This document shows, in pieces, positions 21,301 to 29,804 of a stretch of DNA of 37,052 nucleotides; the stretch's first letter is position 1; every line of letters begins with the position of its first letter. The notes under the pieces are model-generated. The model was not told the DNA's origin. It was given only the letters and a program-made list of their open reading frames with translations, and ran no database searches. This DNA comes from Planctomycetota bacterium (GTDB lineage: Bacteria > Planctomycetota > UBA1135 > UBA2386), in assembly GCA_049889335.1 (NCBI GenBank), contig JBMHDP010000133.1, positions 1 to 37,052 on the forward strand. Reading direction: 5' to 3'. The translations under genes were made by a program, and so were the position numbers.

Positions 21301-21672
21301 GACCAGCAGCTGCGCGCCGTCGGCGCCGAAGCCGTGCACGGTCTTGCGGTTGGAGTCGTGGGTCAGCTGGGTGGGGGCGCCGCCGGCGATCGGGACGCGG
21401 TAGAGCTGCGCGCTGCCGCTGCGACTGCTGGTGAACACGATCGCCGCCTGGTCCGGCGTCCACCACGGCGCGCCGTCGTCGGCCGGGTGGGTCGTCAGGC
21501 GCCGGGCGTCGCCGCCGTTCGTCGACGCGGTCCAGATGTCACCGCGCCAGGCGAACGCGACCTGCTGGCCGTCCGGCGAGATCTTGGGGTCGCGCGGCAG
21601 GCGAATCGTACGGTCCTGAGCGCTCGCGGCGGCCGCGAGGGTGAGGAAGAGCAACAGCGGTCGACACGTCAT
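18394..21672 (-). CDS. Tricorn-like S41 family protease (PD40/WD40 propellers, PDZ, C-terminal catalytic domain)
   Basis: ISPDGQQVAFAWRGDIW repeats, FYDPDM, MLGELNASH, GYLHIQGM, IIDVRFNGGG, catalytic SFSNAE, GMRTAGGV. Signal peptide present. Confidence 0.95.
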   Translation of the reverse strand: MTCRPLLLFLTLAAAASAQDRTIRLPRDPKISPDGQQVAFAWRGDIWTASTNGGDARRLTTHPADDGAPWWTPDQAAIVFTSSRSGSAQLYRVPIAGGAPTQLTHDSNRKTVHGFGADGAQLLVTMRTDRGFHYSESARLFAVDLTGAQPKRMLLDVGLAQAALSPDGEHLLFVRGRPMWSRKGHRGTQSAQLWYADLRQTPATLRRLDEDQPGFQNIACQNPVWAPDSKTYYYVSDPDGTFDVYQRRLGSEAVRRVTRVGASDRSDDGVAFPSLSKDGGTMLVRRRFDLMKVDTKTGATQAIALRASGDDHAVAIERRVETSAENVAFTADGKQVAFVAGEDVWVMDRILKEPRRVTNTPHNETSLAFSEDGARLFYVSDVGGEFDIWEATHDREDGIWWLCDEFTLRQVTDDRAVEGNLRRSPAGDHVAYTKQSDIFVMDGDGTDHRKVVDAWSMPQFDWSPDGRWLTYATQDSDYNSDVWIVSLDGTQPAYNLSRHPDYDGNPAWSGDGKRLAFTSRRDGEESDVYYVNLTADTEEQTNRDRTLEKALAAMKSGDAKKNKKQAGEESEDAGARVVVDLDGIHDRLHRISIRDSREGGLIWSPDGKTLAFSATVSSQSGFYGVTFPNPGAPKKLAARGLSRATWQAAGNEVVGLSSGKPAALKNGSSLSTFAFSVRRIRDWSAVRQIAFDQGWRAMRDRFYDPDMNNRDWDAVRRKYRPVAAQCLGQREFTDLMNMMLGELNASHMGHRGGSDALPSAASRSAWSPTTYHLGLRFAQDRPTEGVRVESVIPGSPCDQGRSKVRAGETLLAIDGVEITPTTDLDALLTMDQERDVDLTVLGADSSERTFAARPTRSVSGLLYDEFVEANRARVDALSDGKLGYLHIQGMNMRSFRQMEEDLYHAGAGKQGLIIDVRFNGGGSTTDHVMTALTQPVHAITKSRGSGEGYPQDRKIYASWTKPIVLMCNEHSFSNAEILSHAVQQVGRGRLVGMRTAGGVISTGSVSLLDGSSVRMPMRGWYLASTGEDMELNGCTPDISLWNDPMGPDAQLVRAVEALQEDVAAAQAKGKVKIVPAATKRRTARQAAERGGR

Positions 21673-21756
21673 GTGGCCTCATTGTGGCCGACGGCCCGGG
21701 CCGCTTCATCCCCTGGCTGCTGCGGCGCGCCGTCGCGACCGGCCCGATCGCTACGG

Positions 21757-23091
21757 TCAGCCGAAGATCTCAGGCAGGGTGCCGGTCGAGTCCGCGAAGC
21801 GCTGGGTCGGCACGCCGACCGCGTTGAGCATGCCGACGAACACGTTGCTGAACGGGGTCGACTCGTCGTACTTCCGGTAGAAGCCGTGCTTCAGCCCGAG
21901 CCGGCTGCCGCCGAGCAGCGCCAGCGGCAGGTTGCGCGCGTTGTGGGTCGTGCTGCAGCAGCTGCCGTAGAGGATCTGGGTCTGGTCGAGGAGCGAGCCG
22001 CGCTCGTCCTCGGTCTCGTCGAGCCGCTTCACGAAGTAGGCGAACTGCTCGGCGTGCCAGCGGTCGTAGCGACCCCACTGCTCCCAGTGGCCCTCGTGGC
22101 CGTCGTGGCTGATCGTGTGGTGGCCCCGCTTGATCCCGAGCGCGCGGTTGGGGAACGAGTCGGCGAACCCCATGCCGTCCTCGCGGCCCGTCATGTAGGT
22201 GACGACGCGGGTGAGGTCGAGCTGCAGGGCGAGCGCGATCAGGTCGTACATCGAGCGCAGGTAGGCGCCTGGGTCGACGTCCGGCGCGATGTCCAGGTCG
22301 ACGTGGCTGCTGTCGAACTTCGGCAGCGGCCGGTCCAGCCACGCCTCGTTGCGGCGCAGCTGCTCCTCGACCGCGTCGAGCGACTGGAGGTACTGGCCCA
22401 GCTTCTCCTGGTCCTTCTTGCCGAGCCGCCGCTGCAGGCGCTTGCTGTCCTCGAGCACCAGGTCGACGACCTTCTTGCCCTGGGCGATCGCCTGCTTGCG
22501 CTCCGCGGTCGGGGCGCCGCCGCCCGGCGTGAAGTAGCGCTCGAAGATCAGGCGCTGCTTGTGCTCTGAGGGGATCGGGCGCGCGGCGTGGTCGAAGCTG
22601 AGCGTCGACGTGCGGGACTTGTAGCCGACGCCGCCGTCGGTCGAGAGGACCAGCGACGGATACCGCGTGTGCTTCTTCAGCTGCAACGCCGCGACCTGGT
22701 CGACCGAGGGGTTGTTCTTGTAGACGTCGCCGCGGAGGTCGCCGGCCGTGAGCCACGTATCCCCTGCCAGGTGCCCGAGCAGGTTGCGCGAGAGCGGGTG
22801 GCTGAGGCCGCCCATCAGCGTCATCTTGTCCCGCCAGGGGGCGAGGCACTTGAGCACGTTGGTGAACTGGTAGTCCTTGCCCGGGTCGTGGGGGAGCCAC
22901 CGCCACTGCCCCCACTTGGGGTCGTGTTCGTTGGGCGTCGACGCGCCGTTGGGGAAGTACACGTAGACCATGCGCTTGGTCGGCGCCCCTGAGGGCAGCA
23001 GCGGCCGCATGGCGTCGAGCAGCGGGAGCGATGCAGCGACGCCGGTGCCGCGGAGCAGCGAGCGACGATCGAGGAGCCAGGTCTTGCGCAT
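21757..23091 (-). CDS. DUF1552 domain protein (Tat-like leader)
   Basis: LDRRSLLRGTGVAASLPLLDAM, KRMVYVYFPNG, SVDQVAA, DLTRVVT, HHTISH, SLLDQTQILYGS, HNARNLP. Lies 23 bp downstream of its DUF1592 partner. Confidence 0.92.
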   Translation of the reverse strand: MRKTWLLDRRSLLRGTGVAASLPLLDAMRPLLPSGAPTKRMVYVYFPNGASTPNEHDPKWGQWRWLPHDPGKDYQFTNVLKCLAPWRDKMTLMGGLSHPLSRNLLGHLAGDTWLTAGDLRGDVYKNNPSVDQVAALQLKKHTRYPSLVLSTDGGVGYKSRTSTLSFDHAARPIPSEHKQRLIFERYFTPGGGAPTAERKQAIAQGKKVVDLVLEDSKRLQRRLGKKDQEKLGQYLQSLDAVEEQLRRNEAWLDRPLPKFDSSHVDLDIAPDVDPGAYLRSMYDLIALALQLDLTRVVTYMTGREDGMGFADSFPNRALGIKRGHHTISHDGHEGHWEQWGRYDRWHAEQFAYFVKRLDETEDERGSLLDQTQILYGSCCSTTHNARNLPLALLGGSRLGLKHGFYRKYDESTPFSNVFVGMLNAVGVPTQRFADSTGTLPEIFG

Positions 23092-23114
23092 GAGAGGTCG
23101 GCGCCGGGAGCGCG

Positions 23115-26100
23115 TTACTTCGACAGGAAGGACGGGGACGTCACGATACTACGGAGAGCCGACCGAGCGCGATACCCGCCGACCTGCACTCGCTCCAGCA
23201 GCTCGTCGACCTCTCCCTCGTCGGCGAACCCCAGCTCGCGCCCGAGCGCGTAGGCGAACAGGTGCTCCACGACGGAGCGGGTGAAGGCGTCCTTCGCCGT
23301 GACGCGGAGGTAGTCGCGGATGCCGACGATGCCGTCGACCGCAGCGCCGTCGGGGAGGGTCGACGTGGCGTCGATGTCGACGCCCTTGCGCTGCGGCTCA
23401 AAGCGGCCGACCGCGCTCATCTGCTCGAAGACGAAGCCGTAGGGGTCGATGCCGGCGTGGCAGTCGCGGCAGCTGTCCTTGTCCCGGTGGGACTCGATCT
23501 TCTGCTTGAGCGTCATCTGGTCGAACCCTGGCGTCTCTGGGTCTAGGTCCGGGACGTTCGGCGGGGGCGGGGGCGGCTCGTCGCCGAGCAGCCGCGCCTT
23601 GAGCCAGACCGCGCGCTTGATCGGGTGCGGCTCGTTGCCGTCGGAGTGCCCGACGTGGAAGGAGCCCTGCGAGAGCAGGCCACAGCGACGCTCGGGCATC
23701 GTGGCCGGCACCGCCACCTTCCGGAAGTGCGCGCCGTAGACGCCCTCGATCCCGTAGAACTCAGCGAGGTTCTGGTTGAGCATCGCGAAGTCGGCCTCGA
23801 ACAGGGTCGACAGCGGCAGGTCTTCGCCGAAGACCGCCTCGATGAAGGCGAACGTCTCCTCCCGCATGTCCCGCTTCACGAAGCGCGTGTAGTCGGGGTG
23901 ACGGTCGACGTTGATCGTCATCCCGTCGTGCCGGTCCATGCGCAGCCACTCGTAGGCGAACCGGCGCAGGAACCGGCTGGTGCGCGGGTCCTCCAGCATG
24001 CGCTCGGTCTGCGCCAGCAGCTCGTCGCGCAGGCGCCCTTCGTCTGCGATCCGGCGCAGCTCGTCGTCGGGCGGGCTGTTCCAGAGGAAGTAGCTGAGCC
24101 GGTTGGCCAGCATCCAGTCCGGCAGCGCGCGGTCGTCGCCCAGCTCGTCTTCGGGCTCGCACAGGTAGAGGAACTCAGGAGAGCAGAGGATCGCCACCAG
24201 GACCTCCTGCACGGAGTCCTCGTAGACGTCGTAGTCGCCGCGCACCGATCTCCAGAACCCGAGGTAGCGCTCGACCTCGGCTTCCGTCGCCGGTCGGCGG
24301 AACGCGCGACCGACGAAGCGCTCCAGCACCTCGCGCGTGTAGGCCTCGTCGTCGGAGCGGGACTCTGCGTCGAAGAAGATGTCGGTGTGGGACTTCGGCG
24401 GCCACTGCGGCAGGTAGGGGGCCTCGAACTCGATGGACTCGATCAGCAGCGGCGGCCCGGTCTCCCTGGCGGACTTGACCAGGTGGTCGTTCCAGACGCC
24501 GAGCAGCAGGAAACCGGAGAGGACCTCCTTGTCGCCCGACTCGGGCTCAGGGATCGGGAGGTTCTCGAGGCGGCCGAAGAACTCGTAGGTCTCAGGGGCA
24601 CCGCGCGGCGCGGTCACGTCCTGCGCGGCGCCGAACGTGGTGTAGTCCATACCGTCGTCCGTGCGCGTGCCGATCAGCGCGCGGATCGACGGGACGAGGT
24701 GCGCGATCGCGTCCTGCTGCGCCTGTCCCTGCTGCGTCAGGCGCTGCACCAGCGGGTGGTCGGCGCCGAGCGGCGTGACCACGACGTGGCTGAAGCCGAC
24801 GAAGAACTTGCCGCCCACCTCGACGTGGTGGCGGCCCTTGCGCATCCCGACCACCCCGAGCGGCGTCGTCAGCTTGGGCTGCGCCAGCTGCGCGGGCGTC
24901 AGCTCCAGCCGCTGGTCGAGGTGATGGCCGGCAGCGCGCAGCCGCACCGAGGGCATCGCGTTCGGGTTGACCGGCGGGTGCACGAGGTCGAGCTGGTAGA
25001 AGCCGTCCCTGGGCAGGTCGAGCCGCACCCGCGCCTTGGTCTCCTTCGGCACCTCCTTGGGGCGCAGGAACTCGCCGTCCATCGCGAGGTTCTTGTGCTG
25101 ATCGGTCTTCGCCGCGGGGATCACCCACGCGCCGCCCGCGGTGACGACCTCACCCTGTCGCCACTGTGCCTGCGGCACAGGCTCGTCCAGCTGCACCAGC
25201 AGCTGCTTGCGCAACGGCGGCAGCTCGCCGCGCGACGCCTTGACGCGCATCGCGAAGTCGCCCTGCTCCGGCCACACGCGCTGCATCTCGAGCTTGAGGT
25301 TGGGCGAGGGGCCCTGCCACGCCTTCGGGACCTTCTCGCGGTGCGGCAGCGCAGACAAGAGCACCATGCCATCGTCTACGGCGCGGAAGCGGTCCTGGCC
25401 GGAGCCGCGCAGGCCGACGCTGATCTTGCGCTGGATCTGCTCTCGCTGCTTGCGGTCGGTCTCCGAGCCGCCTTCGGCGGGCGCGCCGTCCTGGAGGATG
25501 TCGACGGTGAAGTCGTCGGGGTTCAGCGGGACCGACTGGTAGCCGCCGGTGCGGCCCGCGACCTTGCCCTTGCCCCGGCCCTTGCCGAAGGTCACGCGGT
25601 AGTGGGTCACCTCGGGCTTCTCTCTGGCGATGGCCTGCTCGAGGCCCATGCGCGCGATCTGCTGGTAGTTGTCGAGGTGCAGCTGGCTGGCCTGCAGGAC
25701 CTCGCCGTTGTTGGAGAAGCCGTTCTTGGCCTTGCCGTCCTCGGGCAGCGTCTGGGCGAAGTCGATCGACACGCCCAGCAGGTCCTGCAGGCTGTTGGTG
25801 TACTGCTCGCTCGTCAGCCGGCGCAGGACCACGGTCCGCTCGCCCTTCAGCCGGTCGGCGGCCGCCGCCAGCGACTCGGTCAGCCACGCGACGACCTTGC
25901 GGCGCTCCTCGTCGGAGAACGGCTCCTCGTCCTCGGGCGGCATCTCGCCGGCGTTGATGACGTCGAGGGCGGCGTGCCAGCCTTCGGCGTCGGCGCGGGT
26001 GCCCATCTGCGGGTCCAGCACGTTGAGCTGCATGTCGCCCTTCTGCTTGCGGTCGCCGTGGCACTTGAAGCAGCGCTTTTGGAGCAGCGGCTCGATCTCC

Positions 26101-26222
26101 TTCTCGTAGTCGACCGGATCGGGCCCCTGGGCGAAGGGCGCAGGAGACGGCGCGATACCGGACGCCGCGACGAGGGCGGCGCCGGCGGCCGCGACGAGCT
26201 TGGCAAGAGGTGTGCTGAGCAT
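23115..26222 (-). CDS. DUF1592/1588/1587/1595/1585 protein with a planctomycete cytochrome c domain
   Basis: CFKCH (26058-26072)...GEMPP, LRRLTSEQYTNSLQDLLG, AFRRP, SPEFLY, LANRLSYFLWNSPPDDEL, PIKRAVW, PPPPPNVP, CRDCH (23457-23471), YALGR. Confidence 0.93.
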   Translation of the reverse strand: MLSTPLAKLVAAAGAALVAASGIAPSPAPFAQGPDPVDYEKEIEPLLQKRCFKCHGDRKQKGDMQLNVLDPQMGTRADAEGWHAALDVINAGEMPPEDEEPFSDEERRKVVAWLTESLAAAADRLKGERTVVLRRLTSEQYTNSLQDLLGVSIDFAQTLPEDGKAKNGFSNNGEVLQASQLHLDNYQQIARMGLEQAIAREKPEVTHYRVTFGKGRGKGKVAGRTGGYQSVPLNPDDFTVDILQDGAPAEGGSETDRKQREQIQRKISVGLRGSGQDRFRAVDDGMVLLSALPHREKVPKAWQGPSPNLKLEMQRVWPEQGDFAMRVKASRGELPPLRKQLLVQLDEPVPQAQWRQGEVVTAGGAWVIPAAKTDQHKNLAMDGEFLRPKEVPKETKARVRLDLPRDGFYQLDLVHPPVNPNAMPSVRLRAAGHHLDQRLELTPAQLAQPKLTTPLGVVGMRKGRHHVEVGGKFFVGFSHVVVTPLGADHPLVQRLTQQGQAQQDAIAHLVPSIRALIGTRTDDGMDYTTFGAAQDVTAPRGAPETYEFFGRLENLPIPEPESGDKEVLSGFLLLGVWNDHLVKSARETGPPLLIESIEFEAPYLPQWPPKSHTDIFFDAESRSDDEAYTREVLERFVGRAFRRPATEAEVERYLGFWRSVRGDYDVYEDSVQEVLVAILCSPEFLYLCEPEDELGDDRALPDWMLANRLSYFLWNSPPDDELRRIADEGRLRDELLAQTERMLEDPRTSRFLRRFAYEWLRMDRHDGMTINVDRHPDYTRFVKRDMREETFAFIEAVFGEDLPLSTLFEADFAMLNQNLAEFYGIEGVYGAHFRKVAVPATMPERRCGLLSQGSFHVGHSDGNEPHPIKRAVWLKARLLGDEPPPPPPNVPDLDPETPGFDQMTLKQKIESHRDKDSCRDCHAGIDPYGFVFEQMSAVGRFEPQRKGVDIDATSTLPDGAAVDGIVGIRDYLRVTAKDAFTRSVVEHLFAYALGRELGFADEGEVDELLERVQVGGYRARSALRSIVTSPSFLSK

Positions 26223-26296
26223 GGAGGACGCGTCCTAATAGGCTAGCAGAAGCAGAGTTCCAGTGCACTCCGCCGGTCGGCCGCCCAGCGCTCGGG

Positions 26297-29200
26297 TCAG
26301 CGGGCCGTCGGCGCCCAGGCGTGCACGACGTCGTCGTTTCGGGCGAACAGCAGGGCCCCCGGCGCGGCCGCCCAGACGAGCCCCCGGTGATCTCCCGGCG
26401 CGGAGATCCCGTGCGCGCGCGGCGGGACGACCTCGAGCCGGCCCTCGACGATCCGCAGCACCAGGCCTGCGCCGCCGTCGTGGCGTCCTGTCTCCGGCTC
26501 CGGCGAGAAGTCGTTCTGCGCACAGATCAACAGGTCGCCGCGCGTCACCATCGCGTGGATCGGAGCGACCTGCGCCAACCGAGGCAGCGGCTCGAAGCGG
26601 AAGCGCCCCGCGCCGTCGTTGCGCCAGAGGCCGCTCGCGAGCTCGGTGGCGATCAGCTCGCCGCAGTCCTGCAGCTTCTGCTCGGTGTAGATGTCCTTCA
26701 GCAGGGACTTCGCGAAGCCCTCGTAGGTCGGGAACTTCTTCTTCAGCATCGGCATGGCGCCGCTGCTGCAGCTGCGGCCGCGCACCGGCAGCAGCCGGTC
26801 GCCTTCGTACTTGGCCTCGACGAGGTCCCTTCGGCCGTCGTCGTCGAAGTCGCCGTAGTAGAGCCGCGCGGGCTTGTCGGCGCTGGCCTTGTACTTGGTG
26901 TTCCAGCCCTGGTTGCCCGCGACCGCGTCGAGGTCGCCGTCGCCGTCCACGTCGAGGATGCACAGCGACCGCCACCAGCCCGGGCGGTCGGCGAGCCCAG
27001 CCGCCTCGGTCGCGTCCACGTACTTCTCCCCGTCGTAGCGCAGCAGGCGCACCGGCTGCCAGCGTGCTGCCACGAGCAGGTCGAGGCGGCCATCTCCGTC
27101 GAAGTCCGCGAAGCGAGCGTCGGTCACCATGCCCGCCTGCTGGAGCGTCGGCGCCAGCTCTGCCGTGACGTCGACGAACCGGCCGTCGTCGTTGCGGTAG
27201 AGGCGGCTCGGCGGAGCGTCGGGATACGCGCCTGGCACCAGCCGCCCGGCGACCAGCAGGTCGAGGTCGCCGTCGCCGTCGAAGTCGGCGGCCCGGGCAC
27301 ACCCCGACGAGTCTCGCGCGTCGGGGAGCGCGGCGTCGTCGCGCGTGAAGCGCTCGCGGCCGTCGTTGCGGTAGAGGCGGTCTCGCAGCTCTGCGTCGCC
27401 CGCAGGGCGCTGCGTCCCGCCGCTGGTCACGATCAGGTCCTGGTCGCCGTCCCCGTCGTAGTCGATCCAGCACGCGCCGACGTCTTCGCAGTTCGCGTCC
27501 TCGCCCCACGGGCCGAGGATCTCGTCCCATCGATTGAGCGGCGCTCCTCGCCACGCGAAGAGGGCGCCAGCGCGCCCGCTCGCCCCGCCGACGTAGACCA
27601 TGCGCTCCGCGGCTGCGAGCGCCGGTCCGAGCCGGGACACGGACGCCGGCAGCAGCGGCTGCGCGACGTATTCGTCGAGGTCGTCCTCGCGGTGGGTGAA
27701 GGGGGGCGCCTTGGCTGCCTCGAAGAGCGTCGACGGAGATGGGTCGCGAGGGCGTGCGAGCGGCGGCGGCGCGCCGGGCTCGGTGATCACAGCCACGCTG
27801 CCGGCGGGGACGCGCTCAGGCGTGGTCACGTGTCCCGACGGCCAGCGCACCGAGACCGTCGCAGCGTCAGCCTCGCCGAGGCCGAAGTGCAGCTCGGGCG
27901 CTTGGCCTGAGAGGTAGCCGCGCGACAGCGACACCTCGCGCACCAGCTGTCGACCGTCAGGTAGCGCGGCCGTGACCCGCGCGCCGACGCCGTAGCGCTC
28001 GCTGTGCTGTCCGCGGAGCTTCACGATCAGCCCTCGCCCGCCTGTTCCGAGGTTCTCGTAGAAGGCGCACGGCTCGTCGAAGTTGTTCACCAACACGTCG
28101 AGGTCCCCGTCCCCGTCGAAGTCGGCGAGGGCTGCGCCGTGCGAGACGGCCTCCAGGCCGAGCCCCCAGTCGGCGCCGGTCTCGGCGAAGCGGAGCTCCC
28201 GCCCCCCGACGTTGCGCAGCGCGAGGTTCTTCTCCGGGACCTTGCCGACGTTCTGGATCAGCTGGATGGCGGCCTGCTGCTGACCCTGCTGCCAGAGCTC
28301 GGCGACGCGCAGCTTGAGGTCCGGGTCGGTGTCGAAGCGCGCGATCCCGTTGGTGGCGAACAGGTCGCTCCAGCCGTCGTTGTCGAGGTCGCCGAACAAG
28401 ACGGACCAGGTCCAGTCCGTGCTGGCGACGCCGGCGAGCTTCGCCGCCTCTTGGAAGCGGCCGCCGCCGGTGTTGACCAGCAGCGCGTTACGCATGACCT
28501 GCGGTGGGTCGCTGTGCATGAGCACCGGGCGCTCCTCGTCCATGTCGCCCATGAGCACCTTCGCCTTCTCGTGCGTCGTCATGCTCATGTCGGCGACGAT
28601 CAGGTCCAAGTGCCCGTCTCCGTCGACGTCGGCAGCATCCGAGCCCATGCCGTAGTAGGCGGTGTGCGGCACGACCTCACGGGTCACGTCGCGGAAGGTG
28701 CCGTCGCGCTGGTTGTGGTAGAGGGTGTCCGGCGTCTCCAGGTCGTTGGCGACGTAGAGGTCCTGGAAGCCGTCGTCGTCGTAGTCGAACCACGTCGCCG
28801 AGAGACCCATGCCGCGATCCTCGATGCCGGCACTGGCGGTGACGTCGACGAAGCGTCCGCCGACGTTGCGCAGCAGCCGGTCGGGCTGGCCGGCGGTGTA
28901 GCGGCGGCCGCGGAAGGTGAAGAAGTGCTCATCACCCGCTCCGACGTCGTCCGGCGCGGCGAAGGCGCTGCTCGACGGCACCATCTCGCGCGCGGCGCGC
29001 GCCGTGTCCGCCGGCGGCCGGAACCCGTCGAGCACCTCGGGCGTCAGCGCCCAGCCGGCGTGCAGGGCGCGGTTGGTCAGCAGGTAGAGGTCGAGCGCGC
29101 CGTCGCAGTCGTAGTCCGCGAACGCCGCCATCGTCGACGCCGCGACCAGGTCAAGCCCGAACGAGGCGGCGTCCTCGACGAAGGTGCCGTCGCCCTGGTT

Positions 29201-29689
29201 GACGTAGAGGAGGTTCTTGGCCTCGACGTTGCAGACGTAGAGGTCCAGGTCGCCGTCCCCGTCGACGTCGGCGAAGCACGCCCCGCTGCCCCAGGCAGCG
29301 CCGCCGTCGAGGCCGCCGGCTGCGACCGTGACGTCCTCGAACTCCAGCGGCGCGACCTGCCGGAACAGCTTGTTCGCGCCGTCCTGCGAGATCAGATAGG
29401 CGTCCAGCAGGCCGTCGGCGTCGTAGTCTCCGACCGCCATGCCGGCGCCGTTCGTCAGGTAGGTGTAGCGGTTCTCCGGCCGCAGCTCGTTGCGGAACGA
29501 CAGGCCGGACTCGGCGGCGGGCACCCGCCGGAACCGCGGCGCGCCGGCGGCCTGCGCGGCGCGCGCGCGCAGCGGCGTGACGACGACGCCGCCCGGCTCG
29601 AGCTCCGGCCCGCGCCCGCACGCCGAGAGCGCGGCGACCACGCCGAGCGCACCGCGTCCTGCCAGCGACTTCGTCGACCTCCGCACCAT
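26297..29689 (-). CDS. FG-GAP/VCBS-repeat, ASPIC/UnbV (CRTAC1-like) lipoprotein
   Basis: Lipobox LSAC, many DxDGDGDLDL motifs, GMGSDAAD, WTWSVLFGDLDNDG, ASPIC core GVGARVT...GYLSGQ..LHFGLG...VRWPSG, then a second FG-GAP block. Confidence 0.9.
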   Translation of the reverse strand: MVRRSTKSLAGRGALGVVAALSACGRGPELEPGGVVVTPLRARAAQAAGAPRFRRVPAAESGLSFRNELRPENRYTYLTNGAGMAVGDYDADGLLDAYLISQDGANKLFRQVAPLEFEDVTVAAGGLDGGAAWGSGACFADVDGDGDLDLYVCNVEAKNLLYVNQGDGTFVEDAASFGLDLVAASTMAAFADYDCDGALDLYLLTNRALHAGWALTPEVLDGFRPPADTARAAREMVPSSSAFAAPDDVGAGDEHFFTFRGRRYTAGQPDRLLRNVGGRFVDVTASAGIEDRGMGLSATWFDYDDDGFQDLYVANDLETPDTLYHNQRDGTFRDVTREVVPHTAYYGMGSDAADVDGDGHLDLIVADMSMTTHEKAKVLMGDMDEERPVLMHSDPPQVMRNALLVNTGGGRFQEAAKLAGVASTDWTWSVLFGDLDNDGWSDLFATNGIARFDTDPDLKLRVAELWQQGQQQAAIQLIQNVGKVPEKNLALRNVGGRELRFAETGADWGLGLEAVSHGAALADFDGDGDLDVLVNNFDEPCAFYENLGTGGRGLIVKLRGQHSERYGVGARVTAALPDGRQLVREVSLSRGYLSGQAPELHFGLGEADAATVSVRWPSGHVTTPERVPAGSVAVITEPGAPPPLARPRDPSPSTLFEAAKAPPFTHREDDLDEYVAQPLLPASVSRLGPALAAAERMVYVGGASGRAGALFAWRGAPLNRWDEILGPWGEDANCEDVGACWIDYDGDGDQDLIVTSGGTQRPAGDAELRDRLYRNDGRERFTRDDAALPDARDSSGCARAADFDGDGDLDLLVAGRLVPGAYPDAPPSRLYRNDDGRFVDVTAELAPTLQQAGMVTDARFADFDGDGRLDLLVAARWQPVRLLRYDGEKYVDATEAAGLADRPGWWRSLCILDVDGDGDLDAVAGNQGWNTKYKASADKPARLYYGDFDDDGRRDLVEAKYEGDRLLPVRGRSCSSGAMPMLKKKFPTYEGFAKSLLKDIYTEQKLQDCGELIATELASGLWRNDGAGRFRFEPLPRLAQVAPIHAMVTRGDLLICAQNDFSPEPETGRHDGGAGLVLRIVEGRLEVVPPRAHGISAPGDHRGLVWAAAPGALLFARNDDVVHAWAPTAR

Positions 29690-29804
29690 CGGTCGCCACT
29701 ATCGCACGAACGGCGGAATTGTCCCACCGTCCCGGGAGACGCGGGAGGGATGTCGCGGTAGCGCTTGCGCCGGACGGCCTGCTGGGGAAAGGTGGTCGGC
29801 CCTG

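Noticed and set aside
26297-29689. Recurrent GTCGCCGTCGCCGTC-type DNA repeats
   Set aside because: Explained by the encoded DxDGDGD FG-GAP motifs.
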